Positions 29,201 through 44,200 of a stretch of DNA of 64,000 nt are shown here, one piece after another. The notes below the pieces were generated by a model. That model made no database searches. It saw only the letters and a program-made list of their open reading frames with translations, and had not been told where the DNA came from. Source of the stretch: Camelus dromedarius (lineage: Eukaryota); the NCBI RefSeq assembly GCF_036321535.1, contig NC_087466.1:1922001-1986000 (forward strand), written 5' to 3'. A program made the position numbers and the translations under genes. The stretch's first letter is position 1. Each line of letters starts with the position of its first letter.

Positions 29201-32200
29201 CCAGTGAGGAGGTGGTTGGTGGCAGCCAGTGGGCACTCAGCTCGAGGTCCACCCCTCTGATCCCCTCCCTGGGTCCTGTCGGGTCTGAAGGTGTGGGCTC
29301 CGGGCAGCAGATGCTGTTGGCTGGGCTTAGGACGTTTTCCCCTGAAGGACAGTGGTACAGCTAGCTTGTTGTTTCCCTGAGCATCTTTCCTCTGCTCTAG
29401 CCGCAGTTCTGACCCCTCTGCCCCAGGAGCTGCTCTCCTCTCGGGTCCTGTCTCTTAGCAGGAGTGGGAAAGGCCCAGGGGCTGTGAGATTTCCATGCTT
29501 TTCTCTTTCCCCAACCCTCTCATCCCTTACACCCCTGTCCCACTCCACCTGGACTGGGAAAACCCCCACCATGGGTGCATCATTGCCTTCAAGACTTGGG
29601 GGTCTTTTCAGTGTGAGTTCCAAGGCAGGAGACTTGGAGCCCGCTGTGGGGGTAGGTCCACACTCAATGCCTGGTGCGCATAGGGCAGTGCGGTGGGCTG
29701 GGCACTGGCTTGGGTGCTGCTCTGGTTTGGGCTTTGCCCAGCCTGACTCTAGGCTGGTGACTCTGAACCTCAGAGTCCTCATCTTTAATCAGGGACATAC
29801 AGTGCTGTGGGAACTGCTTTGTGGTGGGAGTCCCTCTTAGACGGTGCCCTGTGGTGTACACTGCCCAAGGCCGCGTGATGCCCAGCAGGACATGGCCTTC
29901 AGTCACCAGGGCTTAACTGGTGCCTCCAGCAGTGGCTACACCCACCGGAGGCCTTAATTCTGCCTCAGTCCAGCCGGAGGGCAGATAGAGCCACGTGCGC
30001 GGGGGTCATCACAGCCCTCAGGCAGGCCCCTGTCCTCCCAGAGGAGGGAGCAGGGCTGCCAGGGGGCCTGCCTTGTGGGTGGAGCTGCCCCAGGAGCTGA
30101 AACCAGGTGTGATTGGTGGCAAGTCTGAAAGGAGACTTTGGGATCAGGACAGTGGGGCTTAGGTCAGTGCTGCTCAGACCTCAGAAGTAACGGAAGAAAC
30201 TTTGTCCAAGGGGTGAGAAATTAAATTACAAGTAAGGCAGCTGCTCAGGTTGGAGGAAGTCAGGGGGTGCAGAGGGCTCAGGCACCCCAAGGCACCTCTC
30301 TAAATCCCAATGCAGTTTGAACACGACTGGACTGAGGAACACGGGGTTCTCTTCCAAGGGCAAGAATCTTGGACCCTTGGCTGGAGCCTGGTCCAGTTCA
30401 CACTGACCGACCTCGGTTCCGCTCCATGGCTCTACAGCTGGGAGGCGCCCTGGGGGTGGGGGCCTGGTGTCTTGTCCGAGTCACGTTGGTGGTGGGGGAA
30501 CACCTGTGCCCACTGCTGACTGCGCTGAGGCGTCCCTGAACCGTGGCCTCCCGCCCAGGCTCATTACCTGGCCTGCTTCACTTGAGTTTTCAGGGAGACC
30601 CCATACATTGTCTGCCATTCCTTTTGCCACTGAGTGGGGCTTCTGTCTCCATGTTTGCCTAAACCAACAGGCTGAAGTCGGCCTCCGTGGTTCAGCCCTA
30701 GACCTGGGCCAGCACCCTGGGCTGGCTCCTGGCTTATCGGCTCCTGGTCCCCATGGTCCTGGGCGTGCAGCCAAAGCTGCAGGCCTTAGTTCACCATAGA
30801 TGTAGGGAGGAAAACAGTGCACCTCACTGTTCCAGGAAGACCGAGCCAGGGCCTGGCACAGTCATGTCCATCTGTCTAGCCCCCTCCCCCAGGTTCCTGC
30901 CTCGCGTCGCCAGCCCCTCCTTTCTGTACCCCTGCCCTCCAGAATCAGCCTACTGCCAGCACAGCGCAGGTCCTGCTCTGGTGGGGGCCGCTTCCCAGGG
31001 GAGGGTGCTGGGGGACAGGGCTTCTCTCCCTCAGAGGAGCTGAGCCTCGGACCTCGCCCTTCTGTTTAGGCCGACTTAACATCACCTACCCCATGCTATT
31101 CAAGCTGACCAACAAGAACTCAGACCGCATGACGCATTGTGGTGTGCTGGAGTTTGTGGCTGACGAAGGCATCTGCTACCTCCCGCACTGGGTGAGTGGG
31201 GCCCCCCTCAGGGTCTGCCCACCGTCTGTCATGTGGACTAGTGCCTCGCCTCGAAAGCCATGTGTGGCTTCGGGCACATGGGGCCCTGGTGCTGGGGGAC
31301 AGCCTTCTCTTTGCTGGTTGCTTCGCTGGTAGAAATCTAGAAACCGCGGCCCTGCTGTTACACTGCTATTTCCTGGTTCAGCTGGATTTTAAACTGATGG
31401 AGCAGGAGCAGGAGCATTTTTAAAGTGGTCCAAGCACAGAGTTTTTTACTTATGTTTTCTCCACACTTCAGTAGTTTGTTCCCTGGTTCTGTCACTGTGT
31501 GTATGTGTGCACATGTGTGCAAACACGCCTTTAACAGAGTCTGTCCAGAGCACTCATCTTTGTTGCCATGGGAATGAAGCCTCTCTGCACCCAGGCTGGC
31601 CTGGTGGTGCCTCCACTCCAGAGAGCCAGAGAGGCCAGCACTGTATGGAGGGGCGTGCTGTGACCACAAGTCTGCATGGCTGGGTGGGGCAGGCAGGGCT
31701 GCGGCATCTCCTCAGTGTAAGGTGCCCCCGTCTGCCCTCCTCTGTCGTGGGCCAGGGCGTGTCCCCCATGCGTGATGAGCTGTGGTCCCTTTGACCTTCA
31801 GCACTGTTTTCTGTAAATGCTAGCACCTGTCAGCACTGTAGGTGTCTTTGAGGTACCTGAGGCCCTTCTCTTAATAAGGTCTCATGCAGAAACCTGGTTT
31901 CTGGGACAGTTTAAGAGGGAGGGGTTCTGGAAAGCCCTCGGCGGGGACCGTGTGTCCTCTCGTGCGGTCTTGGGTCAGCCGTGGTCAGGGACTGCTTGGT
32001 GGTGGGTCTGGGAACGTGGCCCGAGGCAAATGTGAAGCTGGACCCCATCCCTTCTGCACAGCAAGCCTCTCCTGTCACAGTGATTGCCAGACTTACAGAG
32101 GAGTGGCCCTGACTCGTATCTTGAGATTAAATATGTACAGAAGTTTGAAGCCTCCTTCTTCCCTGTGGTGGTGACCTCGCCCACTTCCTCTGGAGCTGGC

Positions 32201-35200
32201 CGTTCCCCTCTGGAGCCTGGGTCCTTCCCAAGCGTGTGGCCCCACTGGCCTCTCCTGTGCTGCTTCCTTGACTCCTGGGGAACCCTGAGTCATGCCTCAA
32301 AGCCCAAACATGACCCGCTTCCCTGCCTACATTCCCTCCTGTGTCTGTAGGTGCCTCCAGTGAGCACGGCCTGGTCTCACCCACTTGTGGGGCACCGTGG
32401 GTGGCTGCAGTGTTGGGTGATGACAAGTTCCCCAGGACCCTCTGTGGCCCATCCTTAGTGAAAGCCAAGGTGGGGATGCTGAGGGGACACTTTTCCTTGA
32501 AGGCTCTCTCTCCAGCCCATAGACTTGGTGTTTGGCGGCCCCTTGCCCAGGCTCGCAGATCACTTAGGACCAGAAAGCTAGTTGAATCTTTGAAACAGCC
32601 TGGGAAGCCTCTTTGGGTGGTGTGGAGCTGCCTGCCCGCCTCTTCCTGGGCTGGCCTTCGAGCTCTTGGTGAGAGCAGAGGCTGCCTGGGGTTTCCCAAG
32701 TGCTGTCACGGAGCTGACCCCAGGGTCCCCCAGCCCCCAGTGGGCATATGAGAAGGTGTGTTCTGGGGGCTGATTCGCAAGCTCCACCCACTCTGAGCTC
32801 CAGGCAGCCCTTGTGGACGTGCCAGCAGCCGGGCGATGGTGGACGGACCAGGTCAGCTACGGCCCAGTGGCCGTGGAAGCTGGGGTGGGTGCAGGGCAGC
32901 TCAGAAGTGCAAGGGCTGCTTCCCTATGGAAACGCTCCACTCCAGGAGGCCTGGAGTGGGTGGGTGAGCCGCACCCTCTTGTGACCAGCCTCTTCAGAGG
33001 CACGCACGCTGCTGCCCACAACAGCCTCGGCCACACCCCTTACTGTGTTCCTGTCTGCTTCCTCCTTCAGATGATGCAGAATCTGTTGCTGGAGGAAGGG
33101 GGCCTGGTTCAGGTGGAGAGCGTCAACCTACAGGTGGCCACATACTCCAAGTTCCAGCCCCAGAGCCCCGACTTCCTGGACATCACCAACCCCAAGGCCG
33201 TGTATCCTTCTGAGACAAGACAGGTTAAGGGAAGCTGTGCCGGTGGTGGCGGTCGACCCTGAGCACTGAGTTGAGCGTGTGCCTGCTCTGGGGGCCACAC
33301 CTCACCGTGATTAATTGACAGTGTGTTGTGAGAGCCACGGCTTTGGACTAGCACATCCACCGCTGCTTGGGGCAGACTAGTGAGCTGGGCGCTCTGGAAG
33401 CCTCTTTGGGCCGCTCTCCGGACGCTTCCTGGGGACAGGGATCAGTGGCTCTGGCACACAGCCCAGTGTGTTCCAGTGGGAGGGTGGCTCTCTGCCTCTT
33501 ACCCCTCTGCTCAGCCTCACTTTTTACCCAGCAAGGGGAGCGCTGGCTCCGTACGTTTTCTCTCTCGGCAAGAGGAAAGCATAGGTTTCCGGTTCTAGTG
33601 ATTTTGTGTGTTCTCTGCACGTAAGCCAGCGTGTGTGTGTGTGATTTCAGGAGTGACCAGTGTGGGCGGAGGTGCTGTGTTCTGGGATTGAGGTCTCCAG
33701 CTTACAGCCCCAGTTTGGCTTGTTGTGATCACATTACAGAGCAGTCACTCCACCACCCATTTATTTTTAAAAAGGCACGCTTGGAAAAGCACAGTTAAAT
33801 AGCACAGACAGTTAAAGAACAGCTGCCTCCACACACCCACCCCCCACTCCTCCTCCCCCCGCCCTCTGTCCCCGGGCTGGAGCCAGGAGCAAGTGGCTGC
33901 TGCCACGTCCCGGACACCACTGGGCTGTGTGGAGTCCTCACTGGCCGAGTCCTGGGACAGGCATGTCGAGTCCCCTATATTGGATATGAGGGGCCGTTGG
34001 GGCTGTGCTCCCGGTGGGCAGGACCAATTCCCATGTCCGGGGTGGGGCCTGCCTTGGCCCATAGCCCCAGCAGTGGTCTCCTGGTGTGAGATCCGGGCTT
34101 GATATTCTTCCACACATGTCGCGTGCTGACTCCCCAGGGTGCCTTCAGAGACTGTCTCTCAGCACAGTTCCATGCTACTCTGAAGAAGGCTGCAGGGCTC
34201 CCTTGTCTGGCTGAGGGTCTGGATAAAGGCAGCCCTAGCACAGAGTGGAGGAGGCAGGGGCCATGCAGAGCATGATGTGGGAGCCAGCTCTGCCCCCAGA
34301 GGCCAGGTGGGCTGCGTCTGACGGCTTAGGGGTCACCAGGAGTCGAGGGAAGGGCACCCCTGCAGCTGGCATTTCTTGCCAGGGGGCAGAGACAAGGTGC
34401 CACTCCAGACTCTTCTCAAAGCTGTCATTGGCCCAGGCCTTTTGATGGAGAGAGGTGAATGCAGACCCTGGCCCTTCCTCCCTCTGAGTACGCTCGGACC
34501 CTCCCCTAGTCGGGCCACATCACAGTGGCAGGCCTGGAGCCACGTTTTATGTTTGACCTTTCTATTTAAAACAGTTTTGCAAATTGTTGAGGACAACATG
34601 GTTAAAGTATTCCACAAGATTAAGCATTATTCTTTTGTCTGGGGTTTTGGGTTATTCAGTTTTTGAGAATTTATTACTTACTATTATGAAAAGGGCTTAC
34701 AAGCCATTTTTTCCTTTTAAGTCTTTATCTTGAGACATGCCTCTAACGTTGGGTTAACTCCCAAAAGGTAGGAACAACAAAAGTGTAAATGAAAACATCC
34801 TTGCTTTTGAGGGGGCCTGTCTGTGGTTTCTTCAGTCTTTTGTTCCTATATTCCCATAGGATTTTCAAAATCGGCTCATTGAGGTGTAATTTACAGACAG
34901 TGAAATTCACAGTTGAGCAGGTTTGACAGCTGTGCACCCCCTGTAGCCAGAACGTGGCCGTCCACTGACCCCTGGCCCCAAAGCCTCCTTCTGCTCCCCC
35001 CTCAGAGATGCGTCTTTCCAGGGTTGGGGAGGGGTCTTGCCACTCTGGCTGGTTCTTTCCCTGAGGTGAGGGTGGATCTCAGGCATAGATGTGTGTTAGG
35101 AGCTGCTGCCTCCTCGTGCTGAGAGGTAGCCGCATGTGTTGAGCCCCAGCCAGGCACTGTCCGTCCGGCACACAGTGACTGGGGTCCTCCAGTCCCCTCA

Positions 35201-38200
35201 TAGAAACCCATCTCAGATTTTAGTTGTCCATCCCACTGTGTCGCCTTAACCATGTGTCTGCAGATTAGAGAACGCATTGAGGAACTTCGCTTGCCTGACC
35301 ACTGGCGACGTGATCGCCATCAACTACAACGAGAAGGTGAGCGGCTCAGCCTCACAGCTGGTGGCCGGGCAGCAGATGTGGTGAGCGCCTAGCTAGAGGA
35401 CCCGCAGCGGGCTCTCCTGTTTGATGGGGCTCTTTGTGAGCAGGGTGGGTCTGACTTTTACCAAGTAATCGCTGCCTGTTTGCTTCTGAAGTCCTCATGG
35501 GCTCAGTTTTGGGGCTCTGTGCTAATCAGCCAGTGCCTCTGTTTTGGGAGCTGATGGACGTGGTTCCTGGCCGCAAGGTGAGTGCTGTACACTTGTTCAC
35601 CCCAGCATGTGTGTGCCAGTGGGCAGGGGGAGGCCTTAGGCCGCACTCGTGGTCAGAGCGAAGCCCCTCCTAGGCTGTGGGGACACAGAAGTGAACCTGC
35701 CCGGTCCTTGTCTCTCCCTCGGCGACGGCAGCACTGGGAGAGCTGGCCCCATCCCGTCGTCTGGACCTATGTCTCCCTCGGCAGCAGGTCTGAGGTCTGG
35801 ATGCCTCTCGTGTCCGTCCATGATGAGAGCTGCGTGGATGCTGGTCCCAACAACTCGGCCATGAAGTGAGACACCACCTCATCTTCCATTTCTCACTCAC
35901 CCTGTGCCCAGTTGGCACATCAGTTCCCACAAGTCAGGACGGCATCCACCTCCCCACTCTCGGCGCACCCCGGAGAAAGACGTGGCGGTCGACAAGGCTG
36001 CCAGCGCCCTCCTGCCTCAGGCATGGAGCTCGGCGATGGGGTCTTTGTCCACTGTGACCCCACAGAGCTGCTGCCAGGGCCTCCCGGCGCTCAGGAGTGA
36101 CCACAGCCCCAGTATGGCTTCTCTGAGGCCAGCTGGCTCCTTAACATGCCTGCCCATCCCCCCAGGACTCGGGCCTGAGGTTCAGCCTCTCCATCCGGAT
36201 CTGTGTCACTTGGGGACCCAGCATGTTCTCTGTCAGTTTCTTCCGTTTGACTGAGAATCCTTATTTTTCAACTTGATGGGCTTTGAGTCACGCTTTTACA
36301 TCTTTTCATGAACTAGGAAATAATCTTGTTCCTTTTAGCTTCGGAGAAATGTTTTCGGTATCGTCCATCTTCACCGAATGCTTTAAGCTTTCCAGGTTAA
36401 TTACAGGCAGCCTTAATGCTACCGTTCTTAAACAACTAAGACAGTAATGTTAAACATGACTCTTAAATTGATGATAGAAGGTAACGGTGACCTTTTTGCA
36501 CTGAAAGGGCAGGTGACTTGCACGGGTAGACACAGAACTGAAACTCAGGTTTGGTTCTGCTTTTAGAAGCGTGGAAGTCCACACTATAAAGGGCCCTTCT
36601 GATTAAAGCTAGGCTGTGATTGGTTTGAGGGGCTCACATGAAACGGACATTTTCACAACTCTGCCATAGTGGTGCTTAGTGAGTGGTCTGGATCAGAGGC
36701 TCCTACAGGAAACTGGGCCCCTTAAAGGGGCCACAGTGGACGCAGTGGTGGGTGCTGTCCTCTTCTCGAGAGAAGGACCCCAGGCTCTCTGGGAACAGCA
36801 CCCAGTTTCCAGTTGAGTCGGGCCCTTGGGAGGCAAACCACCAGACACCAAAAGCAGGTTTGGACCCTGAGGAAATCCGTATGGGGATCTTTAGGTGCAA
36901 ATATAAAACAATTACATATAAAATGTTTGAAGAAATTAAAAAGTTAAAATTTAGCAAGTGATGGAAGTCTACCAGAAATATCCAGGAGCGTTGGAAAAGC
37001 AGAATTAACAGCTGACAAAAAATTAACAAAGAGAAGGTTAAATCCGGAGAAGTGACGTGGAATTCCGCACAGAGAAGTGGGAAAGCGGGACGCGAGAGCT
37101 GGAGGCTGCGGAGATCCCGAGAAAGCCAACCGCTGGTGAGAGCCCAGCGGGAGAAGTGGCGGCCTGAGGAGGGTTGGGTGCCGCCTTCTGGAACCCGCCG
37201 TCCGCCCACAGTGACAGGATTTGAATGTCCAGCAGACGGGATGGTTGCAGATTCCACACAGCAGACCCAGAGAGGTGGGCAGAGAGAAAGCATCTCTCAC
37301 GGAGGAACGGCGAAGAGCAGGCCTTCCAGTAGCAGGCACTGCCCCCCCAGGCATCAGAGTGTCTGCAGAGGCTGAGGGAGTAACTGCCGTCAGACCTTGA
37401 AACAATAGGGCAAATCCCAATACTTCCAGGTGAGCAAAATCTGAGTTTGTTTACCAGTGGAACTTCAGAAGCTTGTGTTTTTGGAATGAGCATCACTGTA
37501 CAGGGAAGGGCCAGGGTGCCAGAAGGAAGAATGGACTAGTAAGCTGACAGATATGAAGTAAGTCAGGGTGAACGCCGTTTCAGTCAGTACTGGTGTTCAG
37601 TACAAGCGGCTTAACGGTGGTACCTGAGACACTGGAGAGAATCCTTCTCGAGGGTTGTTTAGAATTAAAGTGGTCTCTGTTTGCACTTCAGTAAAGGTGA
37701 GTCAGTAAAAATACATGTTGAGTGTTTAAAAATAGTTTAAAATGACTGTTTTGGCTACAGCGTAACAACACATACAACTGAAGCAAACACCCAGAGTACT
37801 CACCATGTGCAGCCCGCACCCTCTGGGATGTCTGCCACCCTGTGGTCCAGGACACTTCTAGTTCTGGTTGCAGTGCCGCTGGCTTATGACTCGCTAGGTT
37901 GTTGTGACCTTCAGCTTGAAAACACAGCTGTAGAGAGAGGTGACCACGTGCCCGGAGGCCATGGACACGGGTCGGGGCAGCAGGGCCCCTGGAGGGAGCC
38001 GGTTGGGGAGGTGGTGGCGTGTCCTCACAGCGACATGCCTTCACTTCTGGTCATCGCAGTGAGGAAACGTGAATACGGACGGGCACCCAGAGCCTTCCCT
38101 CTTAACTCAGGTGACCCCCTCCCCAATGACTAGGGTTTTTCCTGCTGGGACCGTCCCCACTGTCTGCTATAAAAGCAGGACATACTCTGGGGAGAAACAG

Positions 38201-41200
38201 AACCTAAGTCAGTGCAGGAAAAGGAGACTCTGCCACTTTAAGTTCCTATCCTGTGTGGTGGCTTTTGTACGTGTTTTACATGCGTGAGGTCATCCTGGAC
38301 ACCCAGCAGCATGGCTGCTTTTCTGCTGCTTTCCCTGCCAGCTGCCTGGACCTGCCGGGACTACAGCTTGCTCGGATGTGAATAAACGCCATTCATTTAC
38401 CCTTCCAGTGATGGGCATCTCAGGTGTTCGCACACTACCGCTGGCGTGCTGCAGTGAGCAGTCTTAGAGTCTTCTCTCTCTGTGTCTGGCGAAACATTTA
38501 CTTCGAGTTAATTCCTAGAAGTGAACTTTTCTAACATAAACATTGCGAGTGTTACAATTTGCTCCATAGATACTTTGATATGAGTCATTTAGGAGGAGCA
38601 GTCAACTGAGGGTTGGTCTTCAAGGCAGCACCCCACCATGGCTGCTTTTCACAGTGAGAGGTGTGGCTGGAGAGGGTGTCAGGGGAGGAGTGGATGATGC
38701 GTGTGCGGGGCTGGGTGGGGGCTGCAGTGGTGTGAACGGGGTCGTCCCCCGTGCTGCCACGAAACTGACTGATTTCTGTCCCCCCAGATCTATGAGCTGC
38801 GGGTCATGGAGACCAAGCCTGACAAGGCTGTGTCCATCATCGAGTGCGACATGAATGTGAGTGGCTGGGGATGGGGCGGTGGGGGCCCTGCAGCCCCTGG
38901 GACATCATAGGGGATGCTGTGGTGGTCACTGACCTTGTGGTTGGTCTTGGGCCATTGGGGGTGGCAAGGCTGCAGCTGGTTCTGAGGTGGCCACACACCC
39001 CAGGTCTCAGACCTGCCAAGGAGGCCTCTCAGCTCTGGGCAGGAGGGCCTAGGGTTCCCGTGCTAGCCTGGCCGTAGGGTCTCCAGGTAACAGTGCCCAG
39101 CACCAGGGCCAGTCCCAAGAGGTTGCACTATGTCTGGCCCCATTTACGTAACGTTCTTGAAATGACAGAACTGGAGAAATGAGGACAGAGTGGTTGTGGG
39201 GGTCACGGCCGGGAGAGGTGGGTGGGTATGAAAGGGCAGCTCGAGGGGTCCCCGTGTAGGAGCCACTGTGGTCACTGCCATGGGTGGGGATGCCAGCTGC
39301 ACAGTGTTAAAACAGAGAGAGCTGAGTGCATAGAGTGTGGGGACAGGTCAGACCGGGCACTCAGAAAGAGGGCCGGGGTGTTGGCGCTGGGCTCCTCGGG
39401 CGGTGCCAGGCAGAGGGTTTGTAAAACTAGAGGTCGAGAAGCTGGGTGGGCTGCACAAGCCCTTTCTGTGTCGTTTCCTGTAACTGCATGTGAACCCACG
39501 GTTGTCTCAATTTAAGACAGAAAAGCCCGTAAGCTAAGTGTGGCCCGGTCTCACGTTGTCCCTTCATCTTGGAACAGGTGGACTTTGATGCCCCACTGGG
39601 CTACAAAGAGCCCGAAAGACAAGTCCAGCATGAGGAATCCGCCGTGAGTCCCCCAGCTCCACACAGCTCCCCTCGGTGGTGGTCTGGGCAGTATGTCCCA
39701 AGGTGTCCTGACGGCCAGGATGCCCTGGCCGTCAGGGGGCCCTGCCAAGCAGCTCACCCTGCTCTTCTGTCCCGCAGGAAGGTGACGCTGACCCCAGTGG
39801 CTACGCCGGGGAGCTGGGCTTCCGCGTGAGTGCCCACGTCGTAGTACCCCACACCTTCATGGTCACCAAAGCCCTTTCTGTCCACTTTATCCGGGTCCTC
39901 CCGACACCTTGGTCAGTCAGCCCTAACTATTTCTTTTTAAAAATTTCTCGCCTAACAAAAAAGTGAACTAGTTCAGTAGACACACATGCACCCTTCCTTC
40001 AGAGTCACCAAGTGAGGCTGCTTCAGCCTCTCTCTAAACGTATGGTCCTCCCCTTTGCGACATTGCTGGAACCTGCCCCTCCAGCACTGCTGCCCCCTGG
40101 GGAGCCTTGGCGGCAGGGCAGCAGAGGGGTCGGGGCCCCCAGACCCTGGGGTGCTGGGCAGAGGCTCCTCTCAGCTCGAGGCAGTGGGACCCCTGCCCTC
40201 GTCCTCGCAGCGGCCTCTGCCCCAAGGAGACTGCAGTTGTCCCCTGTCCTCAGGGCTCCCCTCACACGCCCCCCCTGGTCCAGGCCTTCTCCGGCTCCGG
40301 GAACAGACTGGATGGGAAGAAGAAGGGTGTGGAGCCCAGCCCCTCGCCCATCAAGCCTGGAGACATCAAGAGGTGGGTGTGCCCATCTGGCCTCTCCTGG
40401 ATGAGGTGGTCCAGCCCCACCAGCCCCAGGGCATCTGGGCAGGCCTCTCTCCTACTTAAAACCTTTTTGGGTCTGGGTCATCACTGGGCCTGTTTTCCCA
40501 TTTTGTGACCTCAAATGACTGATCCACTTCCCCTGAGTAGAAGTGGCTGTGTTCGTGTTTTCTGGTCCAGACTCCCTGCTCTGGTGCCAGCGCGGTGGCG
40601 GCAGGCCGGAGACATCTCCCCTGTCGACCATGTGAGAGCAGAAGCAGAGTGCTGGCTGTGGGTTGGCACCAGCCTCTTAGGGAACGAAGTGAGTTCTGTG
40701 AGTGTAGTCCTTGCAGGGTGACACGTGAAGCTGGAGAACACAGAAAATCAGGCCCCCACGCCTCCAGGGGCCCCCTGCCCCAGTGCCGTCTGTTCCTATT
40801 GGAGGGGCGCTGGGAGGCACCAGCGGGGTGGTCCAAGGCTAGGGGGAGTGGGTGCAGCCGCAGGTCCAGGAGGAGGGGCCCAGGATGCCCACCGTCTCTT
40901 CTGCCTCCTTTCTCTTCCTGTGACAAGAAATGATTTTAGTCCTTGTCTCCCTGAGCTAGCATGTTTTCCGCTCTCTTCTTTACAGAGGAATTCCCAATTA
41001 TGAATTTAAACTTGGTAAGATCACCTTCATCAGAAACTCACGTCCACTGGTCAAAAAAGTTGAAGAGGTGAGTGTGTTTCGTGGACAATGAGAAGTTCTA
41101 TTGACTGTGGTGACCGGAGGAATTCTCTTCATTCTGAATTGAGTAGGGATGTTTCTGTCATATTTTTCTTCGTTCAGGGCCCTTCCTCTCCCCAGTGGTC

Positions 41201-44200
41201 TGATCATCCCATTGAGGCTGTGGGTAGGGGTGGGCACACTGCAGCCCTGGTGTCCGCTCACAAGTGATCAGCGAGATTGCAGCTCACAGAGCCCTGGCCA
41301 GGTGCCGGGCCCATGCTGTCCCCTGGACAGTCTCAGTGGCCATGATTGTCCGCGTTTTTACAGAAATGAACATGAATGCTTGTGGCGGTCAGGGCCCCCA
41401 GGGTCCTGACCACCACCTGGCCACCCCAGTGCCAGCGCACTCCAGAAACGGCCTGCACCAAGGCCTGGGGGCACAGCCTCCTTCAGCCAGGGTCCCCTGG
41501 GGAAGCAGGGGAGGCCACAGATGTGTGCAGAGGTGTGGCCAGAGGGTAAGTTCCACCCTGGCGTGGCCTGTCGCAGACTGCCCGCCCGCCCAGCACCCCA
41601 GCCATGTGCTGTTGCGAGAACACTCACAGACCCTCACTCTCCTGGGTGCTTTTCTCAAAGGCTCGGTCCCTCAGGAGCCCAGGAGTGAGCAGAGACGACT
41701 GTGCTGCCTGCACATTGCGGACACACAGCCCCTCTTGGCCTTAACGTTCCTCAAGCTGATGCTGTGTTCCAGGCTCTGAGGAGCTGACGTGGTCCCGACC
41801 AGGAGGCCCATCCAGGCCTTTGCTCACCAATGGCCGGGCTGCTCAGCCCCAGGGGGGTGTCCTCTGGGCTTACTGGTCCCTAACTGTTGGAGGTACAGGG
41901 GGAGGAGAGGGTGAGGCCGTGTTGTCCATAAGTGGACCTTGGAGAAGAGATGTGTGACTTGAAGTGGGCTTGAAGGCACATGCTCCCTCGGCCCCATCCT
42001 GGAACCCCCTGGATGGGGCACAGATGACTAGGTGACAGACAGTGGGGAGGCACCTGGAAGAGCAGAAGGCCAGGGGGACCTGACTTGACAGGCCATGGAA
42101 GGCCGTGTGCAGAGCCGGCTGTGTGCGGAGCTGGCCGTGGGGCTCCTAGACCCGCAGCACCACCTTCCCCTGGGGAAGAGGGCCCACCTGTGGGACAGGC
42201 AGGCGTCACAGAGGCCCCTGGATGACTGTCCGCAGGGTGCTGAGCAGGCCTTACTGGAGGAGCGAGTGACCTTCACCTTGCTCCAGGTCCTTTCCTGGCT
42301 AGGCTCCTGCCACTGGCCACTGGGCTGGCTCATTATAGTTGGAGGTTGGAGGCGCCTCTGTGGACGGTGAGCCCAGGGAAGGTCCCAGCCTTCACCCCGG
42401 AGTGAAGACCAGTCAGAAAGTTCCTGGCGCCAGCATCCCAGTCACATGAGACCAGAGAGACCAGAGGAGCTGAAGCCACCAGGGAGATCAGGGCTCCAAC
42501 TGAGGGGCCAGTGCCTGCAGATCAGGAGGCCCACCGAGTGTCCAGCACGGTAGATGAAGACAGCTCCAAACTGGGGCAAAGATCCTCAGGCTTCCAGGAG
42601 AAAGAGGGGCCACCAGGGGTCAAGCATGGCATCACCCTCGAAGGACAGGGAAAGCCAGGACATGGGAGAGCAGGGTCTCCAAGGCTCTGAAAGGAAGCAT
42701 TTCCAAAAGTTCTGTGCCCAACTCTTATGGGCCGAATTGTGTCCCCCACATTCCCATGTTGACGCCCTAACCCCCAGCACCCCAGAGTGTGACTGTCTTT
42801 GAAGAGTCTATTAAAATAAGGCCCTGTCCCTTCTGACTGGTGCCCTTCTAAGCAGAGAAGATGTGGACATGCAGGAAAGGCCATGGAGGACTCAGCAAGA
42901 GGCGGCTACCTGCAGGCCAAGGAGAGGGGCCTTGGGAGATGCCACAGTGCTGGCACCTGGTCCTGGGACTCCACGCCACTGGACTGTGAGGAGATGGACT
43001 TCTGCTATTTGAATTCCGAGCCTGTGGTGTCTTGTTACTGCCACCCCAGCAATCTGACTCCCACCACCCTGCAGTGACACCAGAGGAGAGCGGGGTTCCC
43101 AGTCACATAGGAGCCAAGACAAGGTAGTAGTCCTCATGTTCCTGTTTTCAGGAGGCCACAAGGACACACCCCACCCAAACAAAGGAATGAGGTAGAACCA
43201 AGAAAGCCTTAGACCCAGAATTTGGGGGTCCTCATACAACATGCATCCGGGACAGTGGCCAGTCGAGGCAGCAGCCCGAAGGCCCCAGAAGACGTTCCTC
43301 CCTTGCCCAGATGACATCGGCGGCTGCGACTGAATGTGCGTGGAAGAGGGGCCGGGCACCATGTCCGCAGCGGGCAGAAGAGGGCTCTATCAGAGCAGAA
43401 GGCTGTGTGGCTCAGCTGTGACTTGTCTTTATGTGGTAGAGACCACAGCAACCCCGTGCAGACCCTTCCAGAAACACCAGCCGCACTGGGTGGTGGGGAC
43501 GGTGCCGGGGTGTGGGCTGGAGAGCTTGGAATCCCCTGCCAGAGACAATGTCTCTGCCTGACCAGTGACGTTGCTCCTGAGAAGATGCCTGCTGTCTCCC
43601 AGAACTCATAAGACAAGCCGCCTTCCTGCCAGTGGCTAGTGAGGGCCAGTGAGTCACCATTTGTAAAAAGCCTTAAGAACACCTGCATCCTTTCCCCAAG
43701 GAATTCAACTTATAGGAAAAATCAGAGTTGTGTGTGGGGACATTAAGCTGCTCACCAGGGCAACTGAAATACTGCAGACCTGGAGGTCACCTCTGGCAGG
43801 AGAAGGACTGCCTCTCTGCAGCCTTCGGAGCGTCCTGGTGGGAAGTGTGTTGCCCTGACACTTGAAAATAGTTGAAATAAGTGTATACAGAAAAGTGACT
43901 GGAAATGTTATTTTGGGGTGGTTTTTCTTTGGGGGGGTGTTGTGTATTTTTTACATTGAAAATGTGATGCCCCTGCAGAAGGGTGTACGTTCTCCCTGGG
44001 AGTCAAGGCTGATGGACGCAGAGTTGTGAGTCCGTGGTTTGGTTTTCAGTTCAGTAGACCACAGTTTGTGTTTCTATTTAGACATTTCTTATGAAGAATG
44101 TGGGAGTGAGGAAAGTGGGTGGATGGCACATGAGTCAACAGAAGAAAGTGTTTTTCATTAAACGTCCAAGGAGTTTCTGAAAACAATGGTTTTCTTTTCA

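Noticed and set aside
42608-42624. CTCF-like motifs here and at about 8360
   Set aside because: Partial matches are frequent in GC-rich DNA and cannot be supported without PWM or ChIP data.
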